A DNA stretch of 64,000 nucleotides from an uncultured Chloroflexia bacterium (GCA_963697275.1 CAVONF010000005.1:241964-305963); one strand, 5' to 3'. Positions 42,994 through 53,488 are shown, counted from the first letter of the stretch. Notes: generated by a model not told the origin, from the sequence alone. Made by a program: numbers and translations.

Positions 42994-44559
42994 GTGGACG
43001 ATACGAACCGACACGACGACTGGGTCAACCCGCGGGACCCCGCCCGGGCCCTGGGGCCGGATGGGCGGCCCGCCCGCAGCCGGCGCGCCCCCTACTACGC
43101 CGATGTCCCCGACGAGCAGTGGGATGACTGGCGCTGGCAGCTCTCCAACCGCGTCAACGACCTCGAAACCTTCGCGCAGATCCTGGAGCTCACCGACGAG
43201 GAGCGCGAGGGCCTGGGCGCGCCGGACAAGTTCCGCGTCGACATCACGCCCTACTTCATCAGCCTCGTCGACCCGGCCGACCCGGACGACCCCATCCGCC
43301 GCCAGGTCATGCCCCTCGGTCGTGAGCAGGAGGCCTTCACGGCCATGATGGAGGACTCGCTGGCCGAGGACCGCCACTCGCCGGTGCCCGGGCTGGTCCA
43401 TCGCTACCCCGACCGCGTGCTCATGCTGGTGACGACGCAGTGCGCCTCCTACTGCCGCTACTGCACGCGGTCGCGCATCGTGGGTGACGCGGCGCAGAAC
43501 TTCAACACGCGTGACTTCGAGGCGCAGCTGGACTACCTGCGCCGCACGCCCCAGGTGCGTGACGTGCTCCTCTCCGGCGGGGACCCGCTGACGATGGCGC
43601 CCAGGCTGCTCGAGCGCATCCTGCGCGGGCTGCGCGAGATCCCGCACATCGAGATCGTGCGCATCGGCACGCGCGTGCCCGTGTTCATGCCGCAGCGTGT
43701 CGACGACGAGCTCTGCGACATGCTCGCCCGCTACCACCCCTTCTGGATGAACCTGCACTTCAACCACCCCAACGAGATCACGCCGGAGGTCTCGCGCGCC
43801 GTGGACAGGCTGTCCCGCGCCGGCATCCCCATCGGCAACCAGTCGGTGCTGCTGGCCGGGGTCAATGACTGCGTGCACATCCAGCGCTCACTGGTGCACA
43901 AGCTGGTCGAGAACCGCATCCGGCCCTACTACCTCTACCAGTGCGACCTCGTCGAGGGTTCTGGCCACTTCCGGACCCCGGTGGGCAAGGGCCTCGAGAT
44001 CATCGAGGGCCTGCGCGGGCACACCAGCGGCTACGCCGTGCCGACCTACGTCATCGACGCACCGGGTGGCGGCGGCAAGATCCCGGTCATGCCCAACTAC
44101 CTCATCAGCTACTCGGACCACAAGGTCGTGCTGCGCAACTACGAGGGCTACATCACCACCTACGAGGAGCCCCTCGACTACCAGCCCCACGAGCGCGGCA
44201 AGTGCTCGTACTGTCGCACCGAGCGTTCCGAGCCCGGCCAGCGTGGTGTCCACGGACTGCTCCAGGGCGATGCCATGTGGATCGAGCCGGCCGGCTTCGC
44301 CGAGATCCACAGTCGCGGCAACGTCGAGCAGCACCGCCTCCAGGCGCCGGAGAAGTGGGTGCCCTACGGCGTGGGGGCCATCGAGGGCCAGTCCGCGGCG
44401 GCGTTGCCGGCGCTGGACGCAGGCACAGCCATTCCCGGCCAGCCGTTGCCGGCACAGCTGCCCGCGCACAGCCATCTCCGAACCGGGGGCCAGCGACGGC
44501 GACGGCAGCGCCGCACCCGCCTATGGTCCCGGCGAGGAACCACGGCCGCGCGAGGGTGA
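42994..44559 (+). CDS. kamA: KamA-family radical SAM lysine 2,3-aminomutase (3' end may be frameshifted)
   Basis: WDDWRWQL, HRYPDR, CASYCRYC, LLSGGDP, PYYLYQCD, DAPGGGGKIP. Confidence 0.93.
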   Translation: MDDTNRHDDWVNPRDPARALGPDGRPARSRRAPYYADVPDEQWDDWRWQLSNRVNDLETFAQILELTDEEREGLGAPDKFRVDITPYFISLVDPADPDDPIRRQVMPLGREQEAFTAMMEDSLAEDRHSPVPGLVHRYPDRVLMLVTTQCASYCRYCTRSRIVGDAAQNFNTRDFEAQLDYLRRTPQVRDVLLSGGDPLTMAPRLLERILRGLREIPHIEIVRIGTRVPVFMPQRVDDELCDMLARYHPFWMNLHFNHPNEITPEVSRAVDRLSRAGIPIGNQSVLLAGVNDCVHIQRSLVHKLVENRIRPYYLYQCDLVEGSGHFRTPVGKGLEIIEGLRGHTSGYAVPTYVIDAPGGGGKIPVMPNYLISYSDHKVVLRNYEGYITTYEEPLDYQPHERGKCSYCRTERSEPGQRGVHGLLQGDAMWIEPAGFAEIHSRGNVEQHRLQAPEKWVPYGVGAIEGQSAAALPALDAGTAIPGQPLPAQLPAHSHLRTGGQRRRRQRRTRLWSRRGTTAARG

Positions 44560-44601
44560 GCCGACGGCGTCGGCACACGGAGAGCTCCTCTAGGGCTCGG
44601 C

Positions 44602-45087
44602 ATGGGCTTCCTGCGTCGATGGCTGGGCGGCTCGGACGATGGTCCGGATCGCGCGCCGGCCGAGCCCCAGGGCGACGACGACGCCGAGTGGTGCGTCGCC
44701 CACGAGGCCACCTTCGACGCCAACGCGGACCGCCATCGCGTCACGCTCTGGCTTCGCCTCCTGGGCGCGGATTTCGACAACGAGCGTGAGCAGCAGCGCG
44801 TCTTCGCGCTCGAGAACCGCGTCATGCGTGCCCTCGACGAGTCGGGCGCGGGAGAGCACGACACCAACTCGCTGGAGCCCGGCTTCTTCGCCATGCGCCT
44901 CGTGGGCGAAGACGCCGACGCCATCGTGGCGGTCGTGCTGCCGCTGCTGGCGGAGGCGCCGCCGGGCTCCTACATCGCGGTGCGGCGGGGACCCGCGGGC
45001 AGCGCCGAGGACCGGGTCGAGATGCGTGCCAACGCCGAGGAACGAGCGACCGAGGCGCCGGCCCCGCAGCCACCCGCTCGTCACTGA
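44602..45087 (+). CDS. Hypothetical protein
   Basis: 161 aa ORF, translationally coupled (TGATG) to the next gene. Confidence 0.7.
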   Translation: MGFLRRWLGGSDDGPDRAPAEPQGDDDAEWCVAHEATFDANADRHRVTLWLRLLGADFDNEREQQRVFALENRVMRALDESGAGEHDTNSLEPGFFAMRLVGEDADAIVAVVLPLLAEAPPGSYIAVRRGPAGSAEDRVEMRANAEERATEAPAPQPPARH

Positions 45088-45501
45088 TGCAGCTTCGGAC
45101 CGTCCCGGGGCTCCCCGATCCACACGTCCAGCCACCCGTGGTGGCCGCGGTCGGCGACCCCTTCGCCGACCTCCGCGTGGTGCACCTGCTGGCCCGCGTC
45201 CCGCGTGGTGAACCGGTCCGCATCCGCGACATCGTCGAGCGGCTCGATGCCGAGCACCTGGACTGGTCATTCTCGCGGCCGGTGGTCATCGCCGCGGTCG
45301 TCCAGTTGCAGGCGAACTGGCGGGCTGACTACCGCAGCAGCGATGGCATCGTGCTCGCGGGAGGGGCCGGCCGGCCCGGAGCTGCTCATCGAGGACAGCA
45401 GTCGTGTCGATCCCTGGATCGTGCGCCAGGTCGAGCGGCTTCGCGCCGCGTGCCAGGAACAGCTGCGCCGCTTCTCGATCGACGAGGCAACCGCGCCCTG
45501 A
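45087..45501 (+). CDS. Hypothetical protein, winged-helix/ScpB-like (frameshift near 45360)
   Basis: Two ORF halves join at GIVL|EGPAGPELLIED. Confidence 0.65.
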
Positions 45502-45519
45502 GCTCGGGTCGGGGCAGCC

Positions 45520-46590
45520 TCAGCCGCGCGCCCGGTAGATCGCCTCGAGGATCTCGATCGCCGGCTCCAGCGGGGCGTGCCAGATGTTGGTCAGGAAGAC
45601 GTAGGCGAAGCCTGCGTCCGGATCGATCCAGAGCCGGCCCCCGGAGATGCCGCCGTGCGTGAATGCGCGGCTCGAGCCCGGCCAGCCCGGCTGCGGTTTG
45701 CGCCAACCCAGCCCCTGCCGGACCGCCTGCGCCCGTCCGTCGGCGTCCAGATAGGTGAGGCCCTCGGTCTGGTCCCGGCCCATCTCATCGATGGCCGCCT
45801 GGGTGAGCACCCGGGTGCCGGGCTGGCCGTCACTCACCGGGAGGAGCGCCCGGCCCAGGCGCAGCAGGTCAGTCAGCGTCCCGAAGAGCCCGCCGCCGGG
45901 CAACTGGGCGCGGCTCAGGAAGCGCAGCAACAGCTCCTGGGTCAGCCGGTTGTCGAAGCGCGAGCCCTGCACGGCCACGAGACGGGATCGCTGGGGGCGC
46001 GGGTCGAAGATGGTGTCGGTCATGCCCAGCGGCCGCGTCAGGCGACGCTGCAGCGCCACGGGGAAGGGCCAGCCACTGAGGCGGACCATGACCTCGGACA
46101 GCAGCAGCCAGGCCGCGGAGTTGTATTCGTAGCGGCTGCCGGGCGGCCAGGCCGGCCGGCTGGCCAGCACGTACTCGAGCGAGCGCTGGTAGGTGGGCCG
46201 CTCATGTCGCAGCGTCTCCACGGAGATGTCCGGCAGCCCGGACGTGTGCGTGAGCAGGTGCCAGGCAGTGACGTCCTCGCGGCCCTCACCGTCGAACGCG
46301 GGCAGGTACCGCGCCAGTGGAGCCTGGATGTCGAGGCGACCCTCGTCCACGTACTGCATGATCGCGGTCGCCACGATGGCCTTGCTGATCGAGGCGAGGA
46401 AGAAGATGGTGTCCTCGGCGACGTGCGACACCGGCCCGCTGGCCACGCCGCTGGCCGAGCGACCCGCCGCATCCACGACCCCGAAGACGATGCTGGGCAG
46501 GGTGCCGGCGCTGACGTGCCTGGCTGCCACGGCCCTGGCGCGGCCGAGGTCCAGGGCGGCCACATCGGTCGTCGCTGCGGGAAGGCTCAT
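45520..46590 (-). CDS. Serine hydrolase, beta-lactamase-like family
   Basis: FLASISK (SxxK), LLTHTSGL, YEYNS, HGG.SG...WIDP. Confidence 0.92.
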   Translation of the reverse strand: MSLPAATTDVAALDLGRARAVAARHVSAGTLPSIVFGVVDAAGRSASGVASGPVSHVAEDTIFFLASISKAIVATAIMQYVDEGRLDIQAPLARYLPAFDGEGREDVTAWHLLTHTSGLPDISVETLRHERPTYQRSLEYVLASRPAWPPGSRYEYNSAAWLLLSEVMVRLSGWPFPVALQRRLTRPLGMTDTIFDPRPQRSRLVAVQGSRFDNRLTQELLLRFLSRAQLPGGGLFGTLTDLLRLGRALLPVSDGQPGTRVLTQAAIDEMGRDQTEGLTYLDADGRAQAVRQGLGWRKPQPGWPGSSRAFTHGGISGGRLWIDPDAGFAYVFLTNIWHAPLEPAIEILEAIYRARG

Positions 46591-46609
46591 CGGGGCCGAT
46601 GATAGGGTC

Positions 46610-47012
46610 GTGACCCGGGACGAGTACGTGAGCGAGGTTCGGCGCCTCATCGCTGAGGGCGAACGCCTGCAGGCGCGCCCCTCGCTGGGGGCGTTGCGCA
46701 CCTGGATCGCCGTGTCCGACGAGCTGCTGCGCACGGCCTGGGGGTCCATGGACCGCTACCACCTCTCCTGGCTGATGGTCGGCCGGCCCGCCGGTGCCGT
46801 GCGCGGTCGGGCCATGACTCCCGATGAGGAAGCCGACTACGTGCGCGAGGTGGCTGCCGCCAAGACGGCGGCGCTGCGGATGAGCCTGCGCGCCGTGGAG
46901 GAGGACGCGATGCCCTTCGTCGGGGAGGCGCCGGACCAGCGGTCGTCGACGTCGGCCTCGAGCGGCCGCGGTAGCGTCAGGTCCGCTGTGGCCTGCGGGC
47001 GAGCACCGTGTA
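46610..47012 (+). CDS. Hypothetical protein (3' end uncertain)
   Basis: VTRDEYVSEVRRLIAEGERL...AWGSMDRYHLSWLMVG is protein-like. It is divergent from the hydrolase. Confidence 0.6.
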
Positions 47013-47505
47013 GAGCGCCGCACCGACCCACAGCACCAGGCCCGCCAGCTCCAGCAGCCCGAACTGCGGCGACAACCAATCAAGGAAGGGTGTGCCCTCG
47101 ATGCGCTCAAGCCAGGTCCGCGTCGAGCCGGGCAGGATGGCCATGGCCAGGAGCCACGTGAAGACCAGGCCCAACAGCCACCCCCCGAACCCCAGCGCGA
47201 CCGGCCAGCACCGGCGACGCTCTGGCGAGGAGTGGCGACGCGCCGGCCCGACGCACGAACACGCCGATGCCCCAGCCGCCCAGGAAGGCGACGACCAGCG
47301 AGCCCGGGCCCAGCTCGAGGATACCGCGCAGGACCGCCCACCCCGCAGCCGCCAGGAGGGCCACGAGCGGCCGCTCCGGCGAGCGCGATGAGCGGCGCCC
47401 GTCGCGCTGGCGACCCCTCGGTCCCGCCGCCCACGATGCGGTGCCAGCTGCCGCGCGGTGCTGGGGATCGCGTTGCTCGCCCGGTTCACGCATGGGGCCG
47501 CTCAT
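46977..47505 (-). CDS. Hypothetical membrane protein (frameshifted)
   Basis: Hydrophobic segments GWLLGLVFTWLLAMAIL and LELAGLVLWVGAALY. TACAGT lies 6 nt before the ATG. Confidence 0.6.
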
Positions 47506-47560
47506 GGCACCACTGTAGCCGTGCTGCTCTCGCGCGCAGTCGCTAGACTGAGGCGCGCTC

Positions 47561-48068
47561 ATGCCGCACCCTGCTCTCGGACTCCCGCCCTCGGACGCCC
47601 GCGCCGGCCACCCGGCCGTCGCCGCGCGACTGCGTGCCGCCGCGGATCGTCTGCCGGGCGCTGGCGCTCGAGGCGGCACTGCGCATCGACCCCACCCTGC
47701 GAGACCGCTACGACGAGCTGATGCTGCGCCGCTTCCTGCGCGACTACGACCGCCACATCGAGCAGCTCGCGCGGGCCGTGGCCACCGGCTGAGGAGCGCT
47801 TCGTGGTCGTCTACGGCGAGACGCTGGTGCCCACCTACCGGCGACGCGGCGTACGCATGAACGACGTGGTCACGCTCGTGCGAGGACTGGAGGAGGCGGC
47901 CGTCTCGCTCGGACCTGCCGCGGAGGCGGATGCCATCCGTGAGCCCATGACCGCCTGGATCGAGCGCCTGCGCCGCCACCGCCGTCTGCCCGGCGATCAT
48001 GCCGGCAACAAGGCGTGCCCGCTTCATCTGGAAGGGCGCCGGTCTCGGCGACGACACGGTCGTCTGAT
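47561..48068 (+). CDS. Hypothetical globin/phycobiliprotein-like helical protein (frameshifted)
   Basis: Joined frames read ...DRYDELMLRRFLRDYDRHIEQLARAVATG..FVVVYGETLVPTYRRRGVRMNDVVTLVRGL... Confidence 0.65.
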
Positions 48069-48410
48069 GACCATCAAGTGGGTCAAGTCCGACCCGTTGG
48101 TGATGAACGGCGAGCCCTTCTGCTACGGCACGCGTCTGACGGTGCGCAACCTGCTGGAGATGCGCGCCAACGGCCTGACGCCGGCCGAGATGCTGGCGGA
48201 GCACCCTGAGCTGCGGCGGGTCGGCATCGCCGAGGCCTTCCTGCTACGCCACCGAGCACCGGGAGCGCTACGCGGCGTTCTTCGAGGCGGACGGTAGTCC
48301 TGCGGGGACCCGGCTTCCAGCCCGCCGAGGCAGCACCGCTGCCGGAGCACCTGCGTGCCTCGCCGGGCGTGGTCAGCCCCGCTGGCTGACGCTGAGACCG
48401 TCACCGCCTG
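48068..48410 (+). CDS. DUF433 domain protein (frameshifted, end approximate)
   Basis: SDPLVMNGEPFCYGTRLTVRNLLE...GLTPAEMLAEHPEL..GIAEA. Confidence 0.82.
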
Positions 48411-48476
48411 AGCGGACTGCCGCTGGCCCGGCGGCGGCCGTGTCGCCCGTCTGACCCGGTGTAGGATGTCGCGACG

Positions 48477-48839
48477 ATGTCACGACCCCAGACCATCGAG
48501 CGCAGGACTCCATCGGGCCGACCATCGCGCCCTCCTCGGACACGCCCGCCATCGACCCGGTCGCTCGCTCGCGTGAGCTGGCCGTCCTCGACGCGCTGCG
48601 CTCGGTCGTGGATCCCGAGATCGGCATGAACGTGGTCGAGCTCGCGCTCATCAGGCAGGTCATCCTCGGCGACGAGCTGACCGAGATCAAGATGATCCTG
48701 ACCACGCCCTTCTGCCCCTACGCCGGCTCCATGATCCAGCAGGTCAAGGAGGCGGCGGAGGAGGTCGAGGGCCACGACGGTCAAGGTCACCCTGCTGGCC
48801 GAGCGCTGGGATCCCCGCGACGCCGGCCTGACCTGGTGA
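48477..48839 (+). CDS. Metal-sulfur cluster assembly factor (DUF59/SufT/PaaD-like; frameshifted)
   Basis: LRSVVDPEIGMNVVEL, MILTTPFCPYA, ERWDP. Confidence 0.88.
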
Positions 48840-48863
48840 GCCGGCAGCCCGCACGCAGCTGAC

Positions 48864-49500
48864 GTGAACGATCCGCGCACGGCAGCCCCCCGCGTTCGCA
48901 TCGCCGGCAGCGCTGTGGCCACCGGCAAGGGCGACGACGGCACCACCGGTCTGCTCTACGGCGGCCGCATCGCCAAGGACGACGCTCGTGCCGAGGCCTA
49001 CGGCACCATCGACGAGGCTGTCGCCTGCCTCGGCCTGGCCCGGGCGGAGCTGGGCGTGCTGTCTGCCCAGGGCCGGCTGCCCGAGGCGCTGTCGCACCTC
49101 GGCGAGTCTGCTCCTGGGCCTGCAGCGCGAGCTGTTCGTGGCCGGCGCCGAGCTGGCCACGAACCCCGATGCCTGGGACCGACTGCGCGACGGCGAGACG
49201 CGCGTGGACGAGGCCATGCTCAGCGCCCTCGAGGACCGGCTTCGCGCCGCCGAGGCCGCCGTGCACATGCCTCGCGAGTTCATCGTCCCGGGCGCGAGCC
49301 GCCTCTCGGCGGCCCTCGAGGTCAGCCGCACGGTGGTGCGCCGCGCTGAGCGCCGCGTCATCGCGCTGGACCATGATCGCCTCGTGCCGGGCGCCTGGCT
49401 GATGCCGTACCTCAATCGACTGGCCGACCTGCTGTGGGTGCTGGCCCGACTGGCCGAGCAGGCCGAAGGCGGCGTCAGCACCCCTTCGAGAGCCACCTGA
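48864..49500 (+). CDS. pduO: PduO-type cob(I)alamin adenosyltransferase (frameshift near 49110)
   Basis: TGKGDDGTT.L..G.R..KD..R.EAYGTIDE, FIVPG, RTVVRRAER, YLNRLAD. Confidence 0.92.
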
Positions 49501-49632
49501 GCCGCGAGGGCCCGAGCCTGGCTGGGGGCGAGTCCGGAGGCCTCGCTGGTGCTCCGCCGGGCCATCTGCTCGCCGCTCGCTAGACTTATCCCCGTTCCCC
49601 CTGGTGTGGACCGCGAAAGGACATCGACGAAC

Positions 49633-50413
49633 GTGAACCCCTACGACACTGACCCCATCAACCGAACACAGGCGCCCCCGAGCGGCCAGGTCTCGGGCGG
49701 TCAGCCCACCGTCACGCCGCAACACGCTGCGTGAGCAGGCCTTCGTGACCACCGCGCCCCGCGAGGGCTTCCTGACCGGCAGCTTCGTGTGGATGTTCGT
49801 CGGCGTGCTGCTGTCAGCCGTCTCCGCCGGCTTCGTCATGAGCAACGAGAACCTGCCAGCGCAGGTCGTCGACATGTGGCTGTTCCTGCTTCATCGGCCA
49901 GCTCGGGCCTGGTCATGGCCATCAGCTTCCTCATCCAGCGCATCTCGCCCGTCGTGGCGCTGGCGCTCTTCTTCGTCTACGCCCTGACCATGGGCCTGAC
50001 GCTGGGCGTCATCGTGCTCGCCTATGTCGGCACCATCGGCATGTCGGGCGTGGTCTCGGCCTTCGCCGGGGCGGCGGCCATCTTCGGCGGCGCGGCGGTC
50101 TACGGTGCCGTCACCAAGCGCGACCTGACCAGTCTGCGCGGCATCCTCTTCATGGGGCTGCTGGGCCTCATCGTGGTCATGTTCGTGCAGCTCTTCTTCT
50201 TCGCCGACAGCAGCATGGCCAGCCTGCTCATCGGCATCGTGCGGCGTGGTCATCTTCACCGGTCTCACGGCCTGGGACGTGCAGCGCCTCAAGAACGGCG
50301 CCATGCCCAACATCAACAAGGACTCCGCCACCGTGCTCGGCGCGCTGGCCCTCTACCTCGACTTCATCAACCTGTTCCTGTTCATGCTGCGGATCTTCGG
50401 CAGCAGCCGCTGA
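49633..50413 (+). CDS. Bax inhibitor-1/YccA family membrane protein (frameshifts)
   Basis: FVWMFVG, YGAVTKRDLT, LTAWDVQRLK, GALALYLDFINLF. Confidence 0.9.
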
Positions 50414-50452
50414 TCCGTCACGGGGCCCTCGCCGATCAAGGAGGGGACCGCC

Positions 50453-51700
50453 ACGAGCGCACCGAGCAGCACGCCACTGGGTCCACCCGCGGCCCGGGCC
50501 GATGTCGCCGTCATCGGGGCGGGCATCGTGGGGCTGGCCACGGCATTGCGGCTGCTGCAGCGCCGGCCTGACCTCCGCGTCGTCATCCTCGAGAAGGAGC
50601 CTTCCCTGGCGGCGCACCAGACCGGCCACAACAGCGGCGTGGTCCATGCCGGGCTCTACTACGCTCCGGGCTCGCTCAAGGCTCGCCTGTGCCGGGAGGG
50701 CAAGCGTGAACTCGAGGCCTACTGCGAGGAGCACGGCGTGGCCATCGAGTGCCCCGGCAAGCTGGTGGTCGCGACCGATCCTTCGGAGCTGCCCCGCCTG
50801 GCCCGACTCCGCGAGCGAGCCACGGCCAACGAGGTGCCCGGCTTGGAGGAGGTCGGCCCCGAGCGCATCCGCGAGCTGGAGCCACACGCCATCGGCATCA
50901 GGGCCCTGTGGAGCCCGGGCACGGGTGTGGTCGACTTCGTCGAGGTCGCCCGCGCTATCGCCGCCGACGTGACCGGACGGGGAGGCATCATCGAGACCTC
51001 GCGCGCCGTCGAGGGCATGCAGCGCCATGGTCGGGACCTGATCATCAGGACGGTGCGGGGCGACCTGGTCGCACCGCGGGTCATCGCCTGTGCCGGCCTG
51101 CAGGCCGACCGCATCGCGTCGATGCTCCCTGAAGAGGGGTCTCACGGACCCCGCATCGTGCCCTTCAGGGGTGACTACTACACGCTGACAGGGGAGGCCA
51201 GGCACCTGGTGCGTGGCCTCATCTACCCGGTGCCCGACCCGCGCTTCCCGTTCCTGGGCGTGCACCTCACGAGGGGCATCGATGGCCGTGTGCTTGCCGG
51301 TCCCAATGCCGTGCTGGCCACGGCCCGGGAGGGCTATCGTCGTAGCGAGTTCTCGCTGCGCGACGTGGCCGACACGCTCACTGCTGCGGGCTTCTGGCAC
51401 CTCGCACGCCGCTACTGGCGGGTGGCTGCGGCAGAGATGTGGCGCGACTGGTCCAGGCGCGCCTTCCTCGCCCAGCTGCGTCGCTTCGTGCCCGACCTGG
51501 GCTCACAGCACCTGGTGTTCGGTCCCTCCGGTGTGCGCGCCCAGGCCCTTGGACGCGACGGGACGCTCGTGGACGACTTCCTGCTCGGCGGCTCGGACCG
51601 GGTGCTGCACGTCTTCAACGCCCCCTCACCGGCCGCGACCTCCTCCCTGGCCATCGGCCGGGTCCTGGCGTCCGAGGCCATCGACCGATTCGGCCTGTGA
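50453..51700 (+). CDS. lhgO: L-2-hydroxyglutarate oxidase
   Basis: DVAVIGAGIVGLATA, HQTGHNSGVVHAGLYY.PGSLKA, IYPVPDP..PFLGVH, NAPSPAATSS. The start position is inferred from the SD. Confidence 0.92.
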   Translation, partial: TSAPSSTPLGPPAARADVAVIGAGIVGLATALRLLQRRPDLRVVILEKEPSLAAHQTGHNSGVVHAGLYYAPGSLKARLCREGKRELEAYCEEHGVAIECPGKLVVATDPSELPRLARLRERATANEVPGLEEVGPERIRELEPHAIGIRALWSPGTGVVDFVEVARAIAADVTGRGGIIETSRAVEGMQRHGRDLIIRTVRGDLVAPRVIACAGLQADRIASMLPEEGSHGPRIVPFRGDYYTLTGEARHLVRGLIYPVPDPRFPFLGVHLTRGIDGRVLAGPNAVLATAREGYRRSEFSLRDVADTLTAAGFWHLARRYWRVAAAEMWRDWSRRAFLAQLRRFVPDLGSQHLVFGPSGVRAQALGRDGTLVDDFLLGGSDRVLHVFNAPSPAATSSLAIGRVLASEAIDRFGL

Positions 51701-51774
51701 GCAGGTCGCGACGTCCGGGCAGGCGGGTTGCGTGTACGCTGTCATGACCATCCGCTGTACCTCGAGGTCGTGAC

Positions 51775-52665
51775 ATGACGTGGGAATCGCAGGGTCCCGC
51801 GGTGCCGCCGGATCCACGCTGGAGTGGTGAGCAGCAGCCATCGGGGTGGCAACCACCACCCCCGGGCTACCAACCCCCGCCCCAGGGCTACCAGCCACCG
51901 CCGGGCGGCTATCCTCCGCCTCCTCCACCCGGCTATCCGCCGGCGCCCGGCGGCTACCCGCCACCTCCAGGCGGCTACCCCCCGCCTCCGGGCTATCTGC
52001 CGCCAGAGCCCGTGTGGCAACCGCCACCGGCCTATCCGCTGGCCCCGGATGCCTACCCCGTCAACGTCTCCTATGACCGCGAGGCGCGCATCAACCGCCT
52101 CTGGGGTGTTCCCCTCATCGGTGTCGTGGTCCGCCTCATCCTGCTCATCCCGCACCTGCTGCTGCTGTTCCTGGTCGCCATCGTGGCTGCCTTGCTGATG
52201 CTGGTGGCGTGGATCCCGGTGCTGCTGCTGGGCCGCTTCCCGGGCTGGGGCTATCGCTGGATCGGGGGGCTGATGGGCTGGTTCACGCGTGTGCAGGCCT
52301 ACTACCAGCTCCTGACGCCGACCTATCCGCCCTTCTCGCTCGCCGGCGAGGAGCACCCCGTCAGCGTGCGTTTCGACGAGGGCGTGCGCATCAATCGCCT
52401 CTGGGGCATCCCCGTCATCGGCCTCCTGGTGCGCTGGCTCCTGCTCATCCCGCACCTTGTCGTGCTCTGGCTGGTGGGTATCGTGGTCGCCTTCCTGCTG
52501 TGGTTCACGTGGGTGCCGGTGCTGTTCCTGGGTCGCCAGTCCGACCTCATCTACACCGTGGTCGGCGGCTATAACCGCTGGCTCTTCCGGGTCCTGGCCT
52601 ACGGATACCTCATGGTCGACCGCTACCCGCCCTTCTCGTTCGGAGAGGATGACCCGCGACTATGA
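51775..52665 (+). CDS. DUF4389 membrane protein with Pro-rich N-terminus
   Basis: GYPPPP repeats followed by two copies of INRLWG.P...R..L.IPH...YPPFS. Confidence 0.85.
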   Translation: MTWESQGPAVPPDPRWSGEQQPSGWQPPPPGYQPPPQGYQPPPGGYPPPPPPGYPPAPGGYPPPPGGYPPPPGYLPPEPVWQPPPAYPLAPDAYPVNVSYDREARINRLWGVPLIGVVVRLILLIPHLLLLFLVAIVAALLMLVAWIPVLLLGRFPGWGYRWIGGLMGWFTRVQAYYQLLTPTYPPFSLAGEEHPVSVRFDEGVRINRLWGIPVIGLLVRWLLLIPHLVVLWLVGIVVAFLLWFTWVPVLFLGRQSDLIYTVVGGYNRWLFRVLAYGYLMVDRYPPFSFGEDDPRL

Positions 52666-53174
52666 CCGATCCCGACCAGACGCGCGACAACGGAGCCCCC
52701 GAAGGGACCGGCACGCCCGATGAGCTGGAGGGCGTCATCGAGGCCGCCGAAGCGACCCTGGCCCGCAAGCCCGAGGTGGACTATCTGCTGGTGGCTGACC
52801 GGGCCGAGGTCGTCAACGGCAAGCTCTACCTCATGGGCGGCAGCTGGGATCGCATCCAGCCACCAGCGTTCCCGCATCGCATGATGCTGGGCATCGCTCT
52901 TGGTGTGCGCATCCCTTTCGCCCACACCGATGCCGAGCACCGGGTCGCCATCGAGCTCCAGCACGAGGGCTCGCGCCTCATCGGCTTCGAAGCCAAGCTC
53001 ACCACGGGGCGTCCACCCGGCATGGCCGGCATGGACATGCTCGTGCCCATGGCCTTCAACGTGCCCCTCGCCATCCCCGCCGAGGGCCAGCTGGTGCTGC
53101 GCGCTTCGGTCGATGACCGCGCCCCGCGGCGCCACGAGATCAAGGTCACGCAGCGGCCGCAACGGCAGGGCTGA
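52662..53174 (+). CDS. Conserved hypothetical protein (DUF6941-like)
   Basis: LLVADRAEVVNGKLYLMGGSWD. ATGA overlap with the upstream gene. Confidence 0.75.
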   Translation: MTDPDQTRDNGAPEGTGTPDELEGVIEAAEATLARKPEVDYLLVADRAEVVNGKLYLMGGSWDRIQPPAFPHRMMLGIALGVRIPFAHTDAEHRVAIELQHEGSRLIGFEAKLTTGRPPGMAGMDMLVPMAFNVPLAIPAEGQLVLRASVDDRAPRRHEIKVTQRPQRQG

Positions 53175-53246
53175 CGGCGACGCCAGCCTGATGACGACGG
53201 CCCGCCTGACGGCGACGCCAGCCTGATGGCGACGGCCCCCTGACGG
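53171..53246. repeat. Short intergenic tandem repeat (about 35 nt x2, built from 17-18 nt subunits)
   Basis: CTGACGGCGACGCCAGCCTGATG(A/G)CGACGGCCC occurs twice, plus a partial CTGACGG. Confidence 0.85.
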
Positions 53247-53488
53247 AGGGCAGCAGCGTCCTATCCTCTGTGATGAGTCAGGGCGCTGACGGCCGAGGAC
53301 GGAGCGCAGCCACCGGCACCCCTTCGTCCACCGTGCCCGAACGACGCCTTCGGTCGGACCCTCACCACGATGGGGGCTGCTCGGGAGCCATCGCCCGTCA
53401 TCGTGCCGCCCGACCGATGCGGCCCACCCGTCTCCCGACGGCCAGCACGGACGCGGGGATGCCTACGGCAGGGGGTGACCTGCCGTCG

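Noticed and set aside
48068-48410. Toxin-antitoxin module
   Set aside because: DUF433 is present, but there is no adjacent PIN/DUF5615 toxin.
53171-53246. Possible mini-CRISPR
   Set aside because: The repeats are directly adjacent with no unique spacers, and there are no cas genes.
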